This document shows, piece by piece, positions 39,591 to 52,448 of a stretch of DNA of 64,000 nt. Made by a program: the position numbers and the translations under genes. The DNA is from Eledone cirrhosa. Its lineage: Eukaryota. Below the pieces are notes generated by a model. That model searched no databases. It saw only the letters and a program-made list of their open reading frames with translations, and was not told where the DNA came from. The DNA is taken from contig OZ024760.1 of assembly GCA_964016885.1 (NCBI GenBank), forward strand, positions 12,214,001-12,278,000, given 5' to 3'. Position 1 is the stretch's first letter; each line of letters begins with the position of its first letter.

Positions 39591-39694
39591 TTTTTACAGG
39601 CTGCGGTGATACATTCTGTCGTGTGTTTGATGCCAAGTCTGGGACCCTGAAGAGGACATTCCGTGGACATGAAACAGCAGTCAACACCATGCAG
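39591..39694 (+). CDS. WDR86: WDR86-like coding exon 3 (FTGCGDTFCRVFDAKSGTLKRTFRGHETAVNTMQ)
   Basis: cctttctcag acceptor, CAG|gt donor; phase 1 in, phase 0 out. Confidence 0.9.
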
Positions 39695-39922
39695 GTTCTT
39701 TACCATTCTCTTTTCTTCTTTTTATCTTTTTTTCTGTTTTTGTTTGATTGATTGATTGTTTGTTTGTTGATTGATTGATTTCTCAACCCTAATCAATCGT
39801 GTCATCATTCCTGAGAGGTTCTGGGGTTGGAGTAGGGTGGAGGTGGGGGGGGAGTCCTCAGACACACCTTTCCAGAGAGAGAGAGAGAGGGTTCTTATCG
39901 GAAACAATCAGGGGAGTGAGGT

Positions 39923-40269
39923 ATCATCATCATCATCATCATCATTTTACGTCCACTTTTCTCTGCTTGCAAGGGTGGGACGGGAACTGATTCTGGCTTG
40001 ATTTCTACAGCTGGATGCACTTCCTAACACCAACCTCATTTACAGTGAGTGCTGGGTGCTTTTTTGCCGTGGCACCTCCACGACCACTTTGCAGTGGAAT
40101 GATATGGACCCCAGTCCCTATCATCTCATTTCTACAGCTGAGTAAACTGGAGCAATGTGAAATAAAGTGTCTTGCTCAAGGAAACAACACATCACCCGGT
40201 CTGAGAATTGAACTCACAACCTTTCGATTGCAAGGCCAATGCTCTAACCACTAAGCCATGTGCCTCCAT
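39923..40269 (-). mobile_element. SINE family B, full length
   Basis: Same head, core and tail as the other family B copies. Confidence 0.9.
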
Positions 40270-40447
40270 AAATATAAAAGGTAAACAGAAAAAACAAAAC
40301 AAACGACACAATACATTAGTATAACACTTCCCATTGTTAGTGTAACTGTAGATGGTACTTAGGTCAAGTATTTCTTCCGATTCAAACAACCTGATCTACA
40401 TACATGGCTTATACGATACTTTCTGTTTTGAACATAAATATACAATA

Positions 40448-40499
<52 letters not shown>

Positions 40500-40678
40500 C
40501 TTTTCTTCACTGTTATTTCAGGGCAGTAAATTGTGAAAAAAAGTCTCCAGAAAAGAATTGTTTTGGTTTTCTATTTTGTATTCTCGGGTCCTGAATTGTT
40601 GTCCCCACCTCTTACCCCCCCCCCCCACTGCTTATTAAATTTGGAGATAGAGAACTTTCACAGATGGGTGGTTCAAGA

Positions 40679-40720
<42 letters not shown>

Positions 40721-41344
40721 AGTTTATCCCGGGTTCAATCGAGGGTAACCACAGTAAGTAAGGTACTCAATGATTTCTCCCGAATGAAACAGTTTTAGTC
40801 CTGTAGAAGCCATTTCTATATTATATATATATAAAGGATAAAGATCCCATAACTCCATGTGGAGTTGTAGAGGCACCATCAAATCCCGCCGAGGTTAACT
40901 TTGCCTTTCAACCTTTTGAGGTCGATAAAAAAAGTACCAGTTTAGTACTGGGGTCGATTCTTCTTCCTCTCTATATCTTGCCTCACACTTTCTATCTTTC
41001 TCTGGAAGAAATCTGCTATACTTAGGCCTGGAGAGGGATGGGCTCTGCAAGGCTTAAAATACCCAGGAAAGGCCCTATGTCAATAAGGCACCCCTACGAC
41101 TCTATCAGGGGTTACATGACCACACACACATATATTTGCTTTTGTGCCTTTGTTTTGTAAAGCTGTTTTTAAAATTTTGTTTCATGTTTTCTCTCACAAA
41201 TTTGTATATTTTTCTAACTCTTCTTTCTTTTTTCTCTCTATTTCTTCTTGTTTATCACTCACACACCCTTTCTGTCTATGGGGGAACACCCTACCACCTC
41301 TACTCCACCCACCACACGCTTTTCCTTCACTGATGCACTCACAG

Positions 41345-41434
41345 GTTGTTGACCAGAAGCTTTTCTCGGGATCTTTTGACGGATCGCTACGTGTGTGGGA
41401 TCTCCGAGGCCTTAAAGAAGGATCAGATTCATGA
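41345..41434 (+). CDS. WDR86: WDR86-like terminal exon 4a (VVDQKLFSGSFDGSLRVWDLRGLKEGSDS*), giving 360 aa
   Basis: cactcacag acceptor, phase 0; completes the last WD repeat; AATAAA near 41560. Confidence 0.85.
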   Translation, partial: VVDQKLFSGSFDGSLRVWDLRGLKEGSDS

Positions 41435-42063
41435 GGAAACAAAAAGAAAAAAACCCGGACCCTTTGACCCTTTCAACATGTATTGAAGATATCAAAATAA
41501 ATTCATGGAAAAAAAAAAACAACAAAGAAAGAAAAAAAAAAAAGAAAAATGTGCCAAAAATAAATAAATAAAATCAGATTTTATCATCATCATCTTCACC
41601 AACACCACCACCACTACTACTACTACTACCAATGATGACAACTTTCTATATGACCACCTGGCTTCCTAGAAACAGCAGCCAAATATTCCGCAAATCACAT
41701 TTTACTGTCTCAAAAAAAAAAAAAAAAAAAAAAATTTGTAAATGTAGTCTTAGATAGACTGTTTGAATAAAAGAGAGGATTGTCATGGTTGGAACGACTC
41801 TTATCACATGAAAATAAAGAGGCAGCATGCTAAAAGTTCATTCTTTCAGTCTTAAATTGCAAATCTTTTGCTTCATGTTGTTGTTGTTGTTGTTGTTACA
41901 CAAATTTGCATAATTCTATTGCTTATTTTTTTTGTCTCTTTCTTTTTTTCCTTTTCTTTTATAATTACATCTCAATTGCACCCTTTCTGCCTCCTGAATA
42001 ATATATATATATATATATATATATATTATTCATATAATATATATATAATATAAAATATATATA

Positions 42064-42105
<42 letters not shown>

Positions 42106-42203
42106 TATTATTCATATAATATATATATAATATAAAATATATATAATATATAATATATATATATATTATTCATATAATATATATATAATATAAAATATAT
42201 ATA

Positions 42204-42255
<52 letters not shown>

Positions 42256-42793
42256 TATTATTCATATAATATATATATAATATAAAATATATATAATATA
42301 TAATATATATATATATATATATATACACATGGCAAAATGAATGAACCTGTTATTTTTCACTAAAAACGTTTTTTCCAATCCTGCTATGCCCGTCACCTCA
42401 AACTTTCTAATTTCTCATTCTTTATTATGATGAAGGACTTGCGTCCGAAACGTTAAGGTGTTGTTCCTGAAACAATTATTAATATTACACTCTACTTAGT
42501 ACGACCCCAAAGTACATACTGGAAACTACATGCTACCAAGTGTAGACTTCTGGGTCCAAAAATCTCCCCAACCTGCCTACATGCTACTGCGTGTAGACTT
42601 TTGGTTTTCTGGGTCCCAAAACCTCCCCCACCCCACCTATATGCGACTATTGATATTAATTCATACTTTGGTCAAGACATAAGTGTAACTAGGGGTATGG
42701 CAAGCATGGCCCGTGCCCTGGGCTTTACTTGGACTAGGAACGAGCACGTTCTATTAAAGTCAGATAAGCTATATCATCGGAGAGTGAAAAAAA

Positions 42794-42840
<47 letters not shown>

Positions 42841-42937
42841 AAAGTTATATTTAAATTGTTGGGTTACAACTAGTAAATATTTATAACTGATATAAAAGCA
42901 TGTCAAATCTATTTATCTATAAAACTGTTTATATTGT

Positions 42938-43001
42938 ATTTTGTCTGAGGAAGGCATAGCATATTGTTAATATGATATCCCTGAAATATATATAATGAAA
43001 T
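42938..43001 (+). ncRNA. Hammerhead motif (family A) between exons 4a and 4b
   Basis: attttgt-CTGAGGA-aggcata.../...tatccct-GAAA-tatata-TA-atgaaat. Confidence 0.65.
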
Positions 43002-43029
43002 AAATATAGTTTCCATTTATTTAATATCG

Positions 43030-43061
<32 letters not shown>

Positions 43062-43063
43062 TA

Positions 43064-43648
43064 CAAATCTGTCCAGCAATTCTTTCCTGAGACATTCTAA
43101 CCACATGTCCACAGTATCAGAGCTATGATCTCTCAATTAGGAGAAGTAACAGCTCTACCTGGAGTGACTCTCTGATCTCCGAGCTACAAATCTGTCGTCA
43201 TTCTTTCCTGAGACATTCTAATCACATGTCCACAGTATCAGAGCTATGATCTCTCAATTAGGAGAAGTAACAGCTCTACCTGGAGTGACTCTCTGATCTC
43301 CGAGCTACAAATCTGTCGTCATTCTTTCCTGAGACATTCTAACCACATGTCCACAGTATCAGAGCTGTGATCTCTCAATCCAGAGAAGTAGCAGCTCTAC
43401 CTGGAGTGACTCTCTGATCTCCGAGCTGCAAATCTATCGTCATTCTGTCTTGAGACATTCTAACCACATGTCCACAGTATCAGAGCTATGATCTCTCAAT
43501 CCAGAGAAGTAGCAGCTCTACCTGGAGTGACTCTCTGATCTCCGAGCTGCAAATCTATCGTCATTCTGTCTTGAGACATTCTAACCACATGTCCACAGTA
43601 TCAGAGCTATGATCTCTCAATCCAGAGAAGTAGCAGCTCTACCTGGAG
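43064..43648. repeat. 121-bp tandem repeat, ~4.8 copies, derived from an RTE fragment
   Basis: gacattcta recurs at 43091, 43212, 43333...; the unit matches 46690-46800. Confidence 0.9.
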
Positions 43649-43709
43649 CAATGTATAATCTTTCTTTTTTTCTTTCTTTCCTTTTTTTCTTTCTACTTTA
43701 CACTCACAG

Positions 43710-43940
43710 GTAGTTGGTAACAAGTTGTTCACTGGTTCTTTCGATGGCTCGCTCTATGTATGGAACATCAAAGGTCTAGAAGAGGAGATCAGTATGAGCA
43801 CCATATTGGATAAAGAAGAGAAAGAGGGGGAGGAGGAAGAAAAAGAAAAAACCGAAGAGGAAGTGGAGGAAGTGGAAGTGGAGATTAATGACAAATTACA
43901 GTTGCAGATGTTAGAAATTGAAAAAATTGGTGGCTTTTAA
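43710..43940 (+). CDS. WDR86: WDR86-like alternative terminal exon 4b (VVGNKLFTGSFDGSLYVWNIKGL plus acidic tail), giving 407 aa
   Basis: Long polypyrimidine tract plus cactcacag acceptor, phase 0; homologous to exon 4a. Confidence 0.8.
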   Translation, partial: VVGNKLFTGSFDGSLYVWNIKGLEEEISMSTILDKEEKEGEEEEKEKTEEEVEEVEVEINDKLQLQMLEIEKIGGF

Positions 43941-44101
43941 AAAAAATTCTTGAAAAATTTATCAACAATATGATATCACTCTTGTCTCTTTTGGACAACT
44001 TAACGACTTATAAACTTTAACGACTGAATTTACATACTATTTTATATATATATATACATATATATACACACATATACATATATATATATATATATAGATA
44101 T

Positions 44102-44132
<31 letters not shown>

Positions 44133-44752
44133 GATATATAGATATTTATATAGATATATACATATATATATACATATATATATAATGTGTGTGTGTGTAT
44201 GTATATATATATACATATATATATTTGTTTGTGTGTATATATATGTGTGTGAGTGTGTATGTATATATGAATACATATATGTGTCTCTTTACGTGTGGGC
44301 TTTATATGACTAGAAATGTTAATTTAGAAATTATAAACACTTCATTTACAGACTCAGTATATAATATCTGATTTAACCACATTTAACAGACATATTGATA
44401 TAACTTACGTGAGGGCCTATGCTACAGCTTGGCCATACCCACAAATAAGAAAAAATAAAACAAAACATATATACATATATTTAGACATTTAAGGATGGCC
44501 ATATTGACACCATATAATTTTCACTTTATCTTTATTGTTTGTTATTCACTGGTGTTTAAAGTTCTGTCATTACATACCTGATAAATTATCCGACAATCAG
44601 TAATGACAAAGAGATAATGTGTGATGAAAGAACTTTAACAACCAGTAATGTTAAAGTGATAATGTGTCACAAAAGAACAACCAGTAATGATAAAAATAAA
44701 GTGAAAATTATTTGGTGTATGTGTTTCTATTGGCAACATATCTCTTGTGACA

Positions 44753-45200
44753 CTAAACTCCGCCAGTTGTAGACTTCGCATTAACATGTGATATCCCTTT
44801 CCACAAAGTTCGATCACCAACAGCAGAGTTCAAAAAGGAAAGATCAAGTCCAGTCGATAGGTTGACATTATCAAGCCATCGTTTTGGCTGCCAGCCTCTG
44901 CTTCTCTTACCAGCCAACCTTTCTTCCAGGCATAACCTACTCACACCATGAGTTGATCTTTTTATATGGCCGTATAGTTTGAGTACGCTTGACTTGACAA
45001 TTGATGTAATTGGTCTAAGTTTGGTAATGTTGAACATCTCACTGATACAGATACGGTTGCTGAGCCGCTTGCCATTTATAAGTCTCATGATGTGGTTCTG
45101 GAATGTAGAGAGCTTCTGAAGTGACCTTGTCGTCCAATTAACACAGTCAAGACCATATAACACAACTGGTAGGATGTAAGTAGGAAAGACTGGCAACATG
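44753..45200 (-). mobile_element. RTE-like LINE 3' fragment
   Basis: ILPVVLYGLDC..W...LKLYGHIKR...GKRSRGWQPKRWLD. Confidence 0.75.
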
Positions 45201-45602
45201 GCCATACCCAAATATAACAATATCAAATAGAATCTTACCTTAGCAAATTCAATTATCCCAAATATTTTAGGGTTTAAAAACTCATTATCAAGGGAGTATC
45301 TGTGTGAAGGTCTTAAAGGATCTGTTGAAGATGAGTTGTTAGATATTTGAGATAATTAAATTTAATAAGGTAAGATTTTATAGCAATATCAATTTCAACA
45401 CACAATTTCACATCAAGAATCTTGCAGAACAAATACATAAAAATATATATATACACAAAAATTTAAGTAAGTTTAAATATTTGGAAGCCTGACAATGTGT
45501 GCGAGATTTTTTAATCTCACACGCATTGTTGGGCTTTCAAATATTTAAACTTATTTAAATTTGTATTTCTTATTCCACAATGCTTCAAGCAAACTACAAT
45601 AC

Positions 45603-45636
<34 letters not shown>

Positions 45637-45787
45637 TGGCTGTGTCTACTACACAGCCACTACACGATTACTGTACATTCAACACATCCGTCTGGCTACT
45701 ACACATTTACTGTATGTACAACACACAGCTAGCTACTAAACAGCCACAACATATGTTACTGTACACTCAAACAATTCCAGATTAAAA

Positions 45788-45925
45788 TCTTGGTGAGTCC
45801 CTAAACTCTATAAAGCTTGGAAGTCCTTTGTTAAATACTTGGTGAGTCCCTAAGCTGTATAAAGCTTTAAGGTCCCTCGTTAAAAACTTGGTGAGTCCCT
45901 AAGCTCTATAAAGCTTGGAGGTCCA
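45788..45925. repeat. 49-bp tandem repeat, 3 copies
   Basis: cttggtgagtccctaa recurs every 49 nt. Confidence 0.85.
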
Positions 45926-46499
45926 TTGTATTAAAAAAAACCCACACCAAAAGATCTCTCAAAGGAAAACACACTTGCCTTTTTTAAAATTATTTCAAAA
46001 CCTTTTACTTTAAGCCATAAGAACTTATTTTGTTCAGTGATTAAACCAGGACTGAGTTCACATTTACTTTAGAGTTGAACACGTCTGTCTGTCTGTCTGT
46101 CAACCAGTCTGTCTGTTTGTGTCAACCTGTCTGTCTCATTTGTACATTTACTTTACATCAAACACACGTTTGTGTCTGTCTTCTACACGACCACTGGTGG
46201 TGGTGATGACGGCAGTGGTAGTAGAAGGAATGACGACACCGAATTTAACAAAGATTGTGATGGACATAAAGATGATGTGACGATCATCATAATGATGATA
46301 ATGGTGATAGTGATGATGATGATAATGGTGATGATGATGATTGCAGTGGTGACGACAACGACTACAACGAGGATGTTGAAGAAAAAGATGAGATGGTGAG
46401 GAACATTCCTACAATCACCATCATCATCATCATAAATATATTTTTGCTTAATTATCTTTAAAATTATCTTTTATTTTTCCAAGTATAGCGAATATTTTT

Positions 46500-46990
46500 C
46501 TTACATATCCTTCTTCACCCACTTATTCCTGAGAGGGTCAGAGACCTCAGACAGGCCTTCCAGCAGGTCATGTCAGAAGCAACCATCTTCAACTGATCCT
46601 GCTGGATATCCAAGTGAGACCAGCCAAGCTCATGGATGTTATCTAACTATCTTGCTCGGGGGTCTACTCCTAGTTGGTTTTGCCCATAAAAATCTGTCCA
46701 GTGATTCTTTCCTGAGACATTCAAACCACATGTCCATAATATCGGAGCTGTGATCTCTCAATTCGGAGAAGTAGTGGCTCTACCTGGAATGACTCTCTGA
46801 TCAAAGTAACGTTACTACAAAGACCCTTCGGAGGAACCCCATTTCGGCTGCTTCTATTAACGATTATATTCTTTTGGTCATTACCTAAGGTTCGTAACCA
46901 TAGGTAAGGGTTGGCATGAATACCGAATTGAAGATAGCGAGTTTGGCTTTTACACCTACCTCCCTTCAGATTACCAAATGCTAAAGCTGG
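46500..46990 (-). mobile_element. Degraded RTE-like LINE fragment
   Basis: Homologous to 28445-28686 and to the 121-bp repeat unit. Confidence 0.65.
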
Positions 46991-48599
46991 CGCTTTACTG
47001 CACCAGCTCCTGCAATTTTTGCACTTAATTTGTCAAGTTCTAACAAAATAATACTTTCTTTTTTTTTGTTATTGTTATTGAAGCTATTTACAGCCAGGTG
47101 GACTGAGCCAGTTAAGAGTTAAATATCCTTGCCCAGCCCTCGATACTGGACTGTTAAAACACAGCACCAAGGATAGGATATGAACAACCAAACTCTCAGC
47201 TGGTCATTCGCTAACCCTATCTACTAAGCCAGGGGTTGGCAAACTTAATGCCCGCAGGCCAGATTTGGCCCTCAAGATAAATCAAGCCCACAGATTAAAT
47301 GAGGACCATGAGCTAAATCAGGCCCATTGATTTCATTAAATATATGGACATACAAAATATTCTTTGGTTATTGAACACATGATACTCAGTTTTATTTTTG
47401 CAATGGTCATATATCTATCGACAGGCAGAGAATTGATTAGAACATCGGATAAAATGCCTTGTGGTATTTGTTCCAGCTCTCAGCGTTCTGAGTTCAAATC
47501 TTACCGAGGTCAGCTTTGCCTTTCAACCTTTCAAGGTCGATAAAAAAAACCAAACCCTAATTTAAAAACAAACTGTTTCTATAACCATTTGAAGATCATT
47601 GTTTCATATTTTATTTGTTCACTTAAGCCTACTTTGGCCTACAAGATATATAAGATGGCCCATCCACCCCCAAAATATTTGCTGGCCTCTATTCTATGCC
47701 ATCTGTGCTGTCTTTAAAAAATATGTACAACCGGCTGTAAGTTGTTTTTCTTTTGTTTTTTCAATGAATAAAAATATTTTCCTATCCACATTTTGTTTTT
47801 CTGTTTACTTTTGTAGTTTTGTCTGCAGGGCACAGCCCAAACACTGCCCTGTCCTAGGCACAGAGCACTTCCCCCTCCTTTTCTTCTGTGGTCCAAGAAT
47901 CCTCACTTTTTCCTTCCTTTTCCTCTCATTTATAGTCCTTTCCGCTACTTTCCCATACAACCAGATCTGCCCTTCTTTACTCCTTCTCCCTTTTTTTCTA
48001 ATTACTTACTTTTCTTTTTACCTTTCTTTATCCTATCTAAGTAATTATCAATGGTTTTTTAAGCCAACTTCGTGAATTTAATTTAAATAAAATTTCCGTT
48101 TTCATCTTTGATAAAATACCATGAAAACTACTTAGAAATTACTGAGAAATATCCTTCTTAGAGTGATTTAACAATACTAAAACTGTAATTACTTGTTCCC
48201 TAGTGTGTGGTGGGTTCCAAGGGTCAGATTTATTGTGGAGTGGGGGTGGGGGATAAATACTCTTCTATCTAACAGAGCCCCTCCACCTCTCTGTGGCCCA
48301 CTGCTCAAATCTAAAGTATGTCTCAAGCCAGAAAGCTAGTCAGGCCAATGTTTATCACAGTACAAGACTCCCTACACACCTCCTGGACAGGACGACAGTC
48401 CATCGCAGGATTAAACTCCTCAGCTATTACTGCTGGCACTCATTTGCAGCTGAGAATACTGGAACAACACGGAATAAAGTACAGTTGTCCCCACCGGTAT
48501 TCGCGGGGAGTCACATTCCTAGAGCATCCGCGAAGAGTGAAAAACAGCCAATATAGGACGTGGTCCATGAAAATGCCTATAAACGTCAAAACATAGGGG

Positions 48600-49000
48600 A
48601 TCAAGAAAATGAATTTTTTTATGTGCATAATATGCCTTGAAATTTCGTAACGCCTCAAAATAGCCCTAAAAAGCTGAAGTTTTTCACCTAATGTGAGCCC
48701 TAGGCCATACAAAAGTTGGATTATTTTGCTCACGGTATGAAGAAGAGACTGACTAACAGTTACAATTGCAAGGAAATCGGTCTGACGTAACGCCTCAAAA
48801 AACCCTTTAAAAAGCTGGAAAAAAAACCGCATTTTTTCACCTAATGCGGGCCCTAGGAAATCAAAAAGTTGAAATTTTTTATGTGCATAACACTCCCTGA
48901 AACATAAGTAATACACATGTAAAGTTTGAAAAAAATCGGTTGGGTACTTCTCGAGTTTTAGGGATTCAAACTCAGACACGCACACGCACAGACACATCCT
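48600..49000 (-). mobile_element. Helitron-like fragment, inverted relative of 53541-54023
   Basis: Shares aatccctaaaactcga..agtacccaaccgattttttcaaactttacatg. Confidence 0.7.
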
Positions 49001-49704
49001 AAGGAGAGGAAAGTCGATTAAATCGACCCCAGTGCGTGACTGGTACTTTATTTTATCGACCCCGTAATTTCACATATAATAAATACAATTAACTATTGCT
49101 AAGAACCTCACAAATATAATAAACCAATGTATATGACCAGAGCGAGGGGAAGAATCGAATACAAAAACGATCCCCAATTGATCACGAAGTGCGACAATTG
49201 GCCACACACTGTTTACCTTTAAAATGTGAAGGGGACAAACCAACATTTGTTGATTCTTAAAGGAGCATATTAATATTACTTATGGTCAAAAATAGAACGG
49301 GGCACTACAACTCTATTAGCTGTCAGTCGAAAGCAGCCGATGAAAGCAAAACATCGTTTATTTCCGTATTACTACCAGAGACTACTCCACTTAGTGTCTC
49401 TTTACTCAATGTCAATGGGTGGGCTTCAGGTTAGCGACCTGTTCCCGGAAAAACTCTCCTGCTACGAAAACAATTCATAGTGCATCAGATTGGAACACTA
49501 TGATTGCCTCACGCGGGACCTTCTGAGTCTGAATAAGTGGAGTTACTTGAATGAAATTTTTTTTAATTTTTTTTCACGCGTTTTTTATTTTTTATTAAAG
49601 CATATAGATGTAAGTGGAGTTACTTAAATGAAAATATAGGTGGCCCTTAAAAGGGCCAAATTAGAATATACCGCTGCGTTTTTACAGTTTTACTAGTTAT
49701 ACAT

Positions 49705-49740
<36 letters not shown>

Positions 49741-49975
49741 GGTGTCCCCTCCAAAATATATACACACTTTGATTATTTTGCTGTTGAAATGTGTATACAT
49801 TTTTTGGGACACTGTGTTTGTATATACGTAGGTAACTGTCAAAAATTAGCTTCACTTTTGAGACCGGCCGTTTTGACGTATGCCTATATATATATATAAC
49901 GAAGGAAATGTGGTAAGGAACCAGGTGGACCATAACGCACCAAAGTACTCAATACTTAGGGTAGTAGAGTGGGTA

Positions 49976-50091
49976 ATAGGAACGAGTAGGACCCCGACGG
50001 CTGAGCTCAAGCCGTTTCGACGGCTAATTGAGTCCAGAATTAGCCGTCGAAACGGCTTGAGCTCAGCCGTCGGGGTCCTACTCGTTCCTAT
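49976..50091. repeat. 116-bp GC-rich palindrome; single arm also at 38001-38063
   Basis: ataggaacgagtaggaccccgacggctgagc... mirrored. Confidence 0.9.
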
Positions 50092-50825
50092 ATATATATA
50101 AAACTCACAGTCTACGCTGTAATGTGGTCGTGTAGGTAACACGGTAAAAAGTTCCCACTTCCACACTGTAAATGTGGTTGGTGTTAGGAAGGGCATCCAA
50201 CCGTAAGAAACCTGCCAGATAGTCCTATATGAGCGAGACACGGTCACCCGATCAACCTTGCCTCAAGTGGGACAACTCCCGTCTAACCCATGCGAGCGTG
50301 GAAGACGGACGTTAAACGATGATGATGATGATGATATATACCCCCCTCCCCCCACACTTTAAAGTGTGAACCTAATACCACACTGTTCGTACTACACCCT
50401 TTGTTATTGTTTTTTACTTTTATATATATACACAGTGGCAAATCACTGGAGGGTTATATCCGTAGTAGTAGAGCACTCAGTCCATGGGACGAGTTTGGTA
50501 GAAGTTCCACAACAGTTAGTAAACCATTTCCGAGGACAAATTGCTTCACCTTAACAGATCACCAGCTCGGTTCCATGAATTCTATTTTTATTATATATAA
50601 TAAACGGATATTATTAAGTAGTTCAAATCCCGCCGAGGTTAACAATTATTAAGTAGTTCTATTAAACCAGAAAGCTCATTGGACGGTCTTTCCCTGTCAG
50701 AACAAAAAGAAACTTTAATTCACCATAAAATGTCGCACTTGCTGGTGAATTCGTCGTCTTTCCTTTTTCTCTCGCTATGATCAAATATTTTTAGTGTTTT
50801 TGTTAGGTTCCTAGCAATAATAATC

Positions 50826-51017
50826 CCAGTGGAAGGAAGACACAGTAGAGGAAGACCACGAAAATCATGGGCAGAGGTGGTGAGAGCTGACCTCAGATCG
50901 CTGAAACTCACGGAGGAGATGATGAAGGACCGTGACAAAGGGAAAGATGCTGTGCTGAATAGGACCCGTCCCCACCCTTGCAAGCAGGGAAAAGTGGACG
51001 TATGATGATGATGATGA
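50826..51017 (+). mobile_element. RTE LINE 3' fragment
   Basis: Same tail as the fragments at 26170 and 31023. Confidence 0.8.
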
Positions 51018-51118
51018 TATATAAATGTAAGTATACATACGTACACACATATATGTGTGTGTGTGTACGTGTGCATACATTTATGTATCAGCTGTGCTAG
51101 GGCGAGAAATAAAGTACG

Positions 51119-51194
<76 letters not shown>

Positions 51195-51255
51195 TTAGAA
51201 CATTTAATAATTTACGATCGTTTCATCCTAGCACAATATATATATATATATATTA

Positions 51256-51357
51256 CAGGGTGTCCCTAAAAATGTATACACACTTCAACAGCATTCTAAT
51301 AAATATTGCCTGTACAGGTAATCAAAGTGTGTCTACATTTTTGGGTGACATCCTGTG
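51256..51357. mobile_element. Small Tc1/mariner-like MITE (relative at 49738-49815)
   Basis: ta-cagggtgtcc ... gacatcctg termini. Confidence 0.5.
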
Positions 51358-51775
51358 TCCTGTGTGTGTATATATATTTGTAGTAAGGTTGCTTGGATCC
51401 ATCCATAGGCGGTATGCCGGTTGAGCACTCTATATCAATGAAATCATATCCGCTCTCTTGCTCTGGAACCCTGACTCCAGCCTGACTAGGAGTAGGAAGC
51501 TGTCATTCCCTGACGTTATCTCTAGGGATACGGGAATCAATAGACAGGACCTGGGGGGCAGCGATGGGGGACAGGGAATTCTGGGGCATGAGAGTGAGAT
51601 CCATCATCTCGACAGTAGTCGACGAATGATGATGATGATAACTCTATATCTGAGGAACCTGCGAATGCAGAGTCAGGTTCATTCCACAAACAGATCTCAC
51701 CTCGAGCTGTTAGCCGGAGAAACAATTGTAATACGTAATAAATTGTGTTGCGATGCATCACTGATTCTTCGTTTT

Positions 51776-51806
<31 letters not shown>

Positions 51807-52096
51807 ACTAGACATTAACGGAGCCATAGATTCTCGCCACTCCCTGTAAATAATGTGCTCAAAGGAGAGGAAATCCTGAGCTCTTTAAAATACAATATGT
51901 TGAAAAGGAAACACACTAGAGAGAGATACAGTGATGTACTGTATCTCTCTCTAGTGTGTTACCTTTTCAACATATTGTATATATATATATATATATATGT
52001 GTGTAGGAGGTGAGTTTTATTGTAGTACAATAAAGCAATGCAGATATCGGATAAGAAGCACTACAGTTTGTAGGACTGGAGTATAAATAATAATAT

Positions 52097-52151
<55 letters not shown>

Positions 52152-52415
52152 ACCAAAGGGAGATTTAATTTGTTGGTAATTCAACAAATATATATATTTA
52201 TAACAGATTCGAAGCACTCGACATTTTTTCTGGAGTATAATATCAATGATATTAATAAATGGAAACTATATTTATAAAACCATATTTAATCTATTATATA
52301 TATTTCAAGGGTACCAAAACTTTGGTACGCTCTCAGATAAAATACAAAGCTTGTTTTATAAATATTGACATATCCAGGAATGAGACGGTTCAAGTTTTAC
52401 CTGGATAGGTAAAAC

Positions 52416-52448
<33 letters not shown>

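Noticed and set aside
45239-45420. Minus-strand coding exon ending in aag|gtaag
   Set aside because: No frame was found open between the candidate acceptor and donor, and there is no recognisable homology
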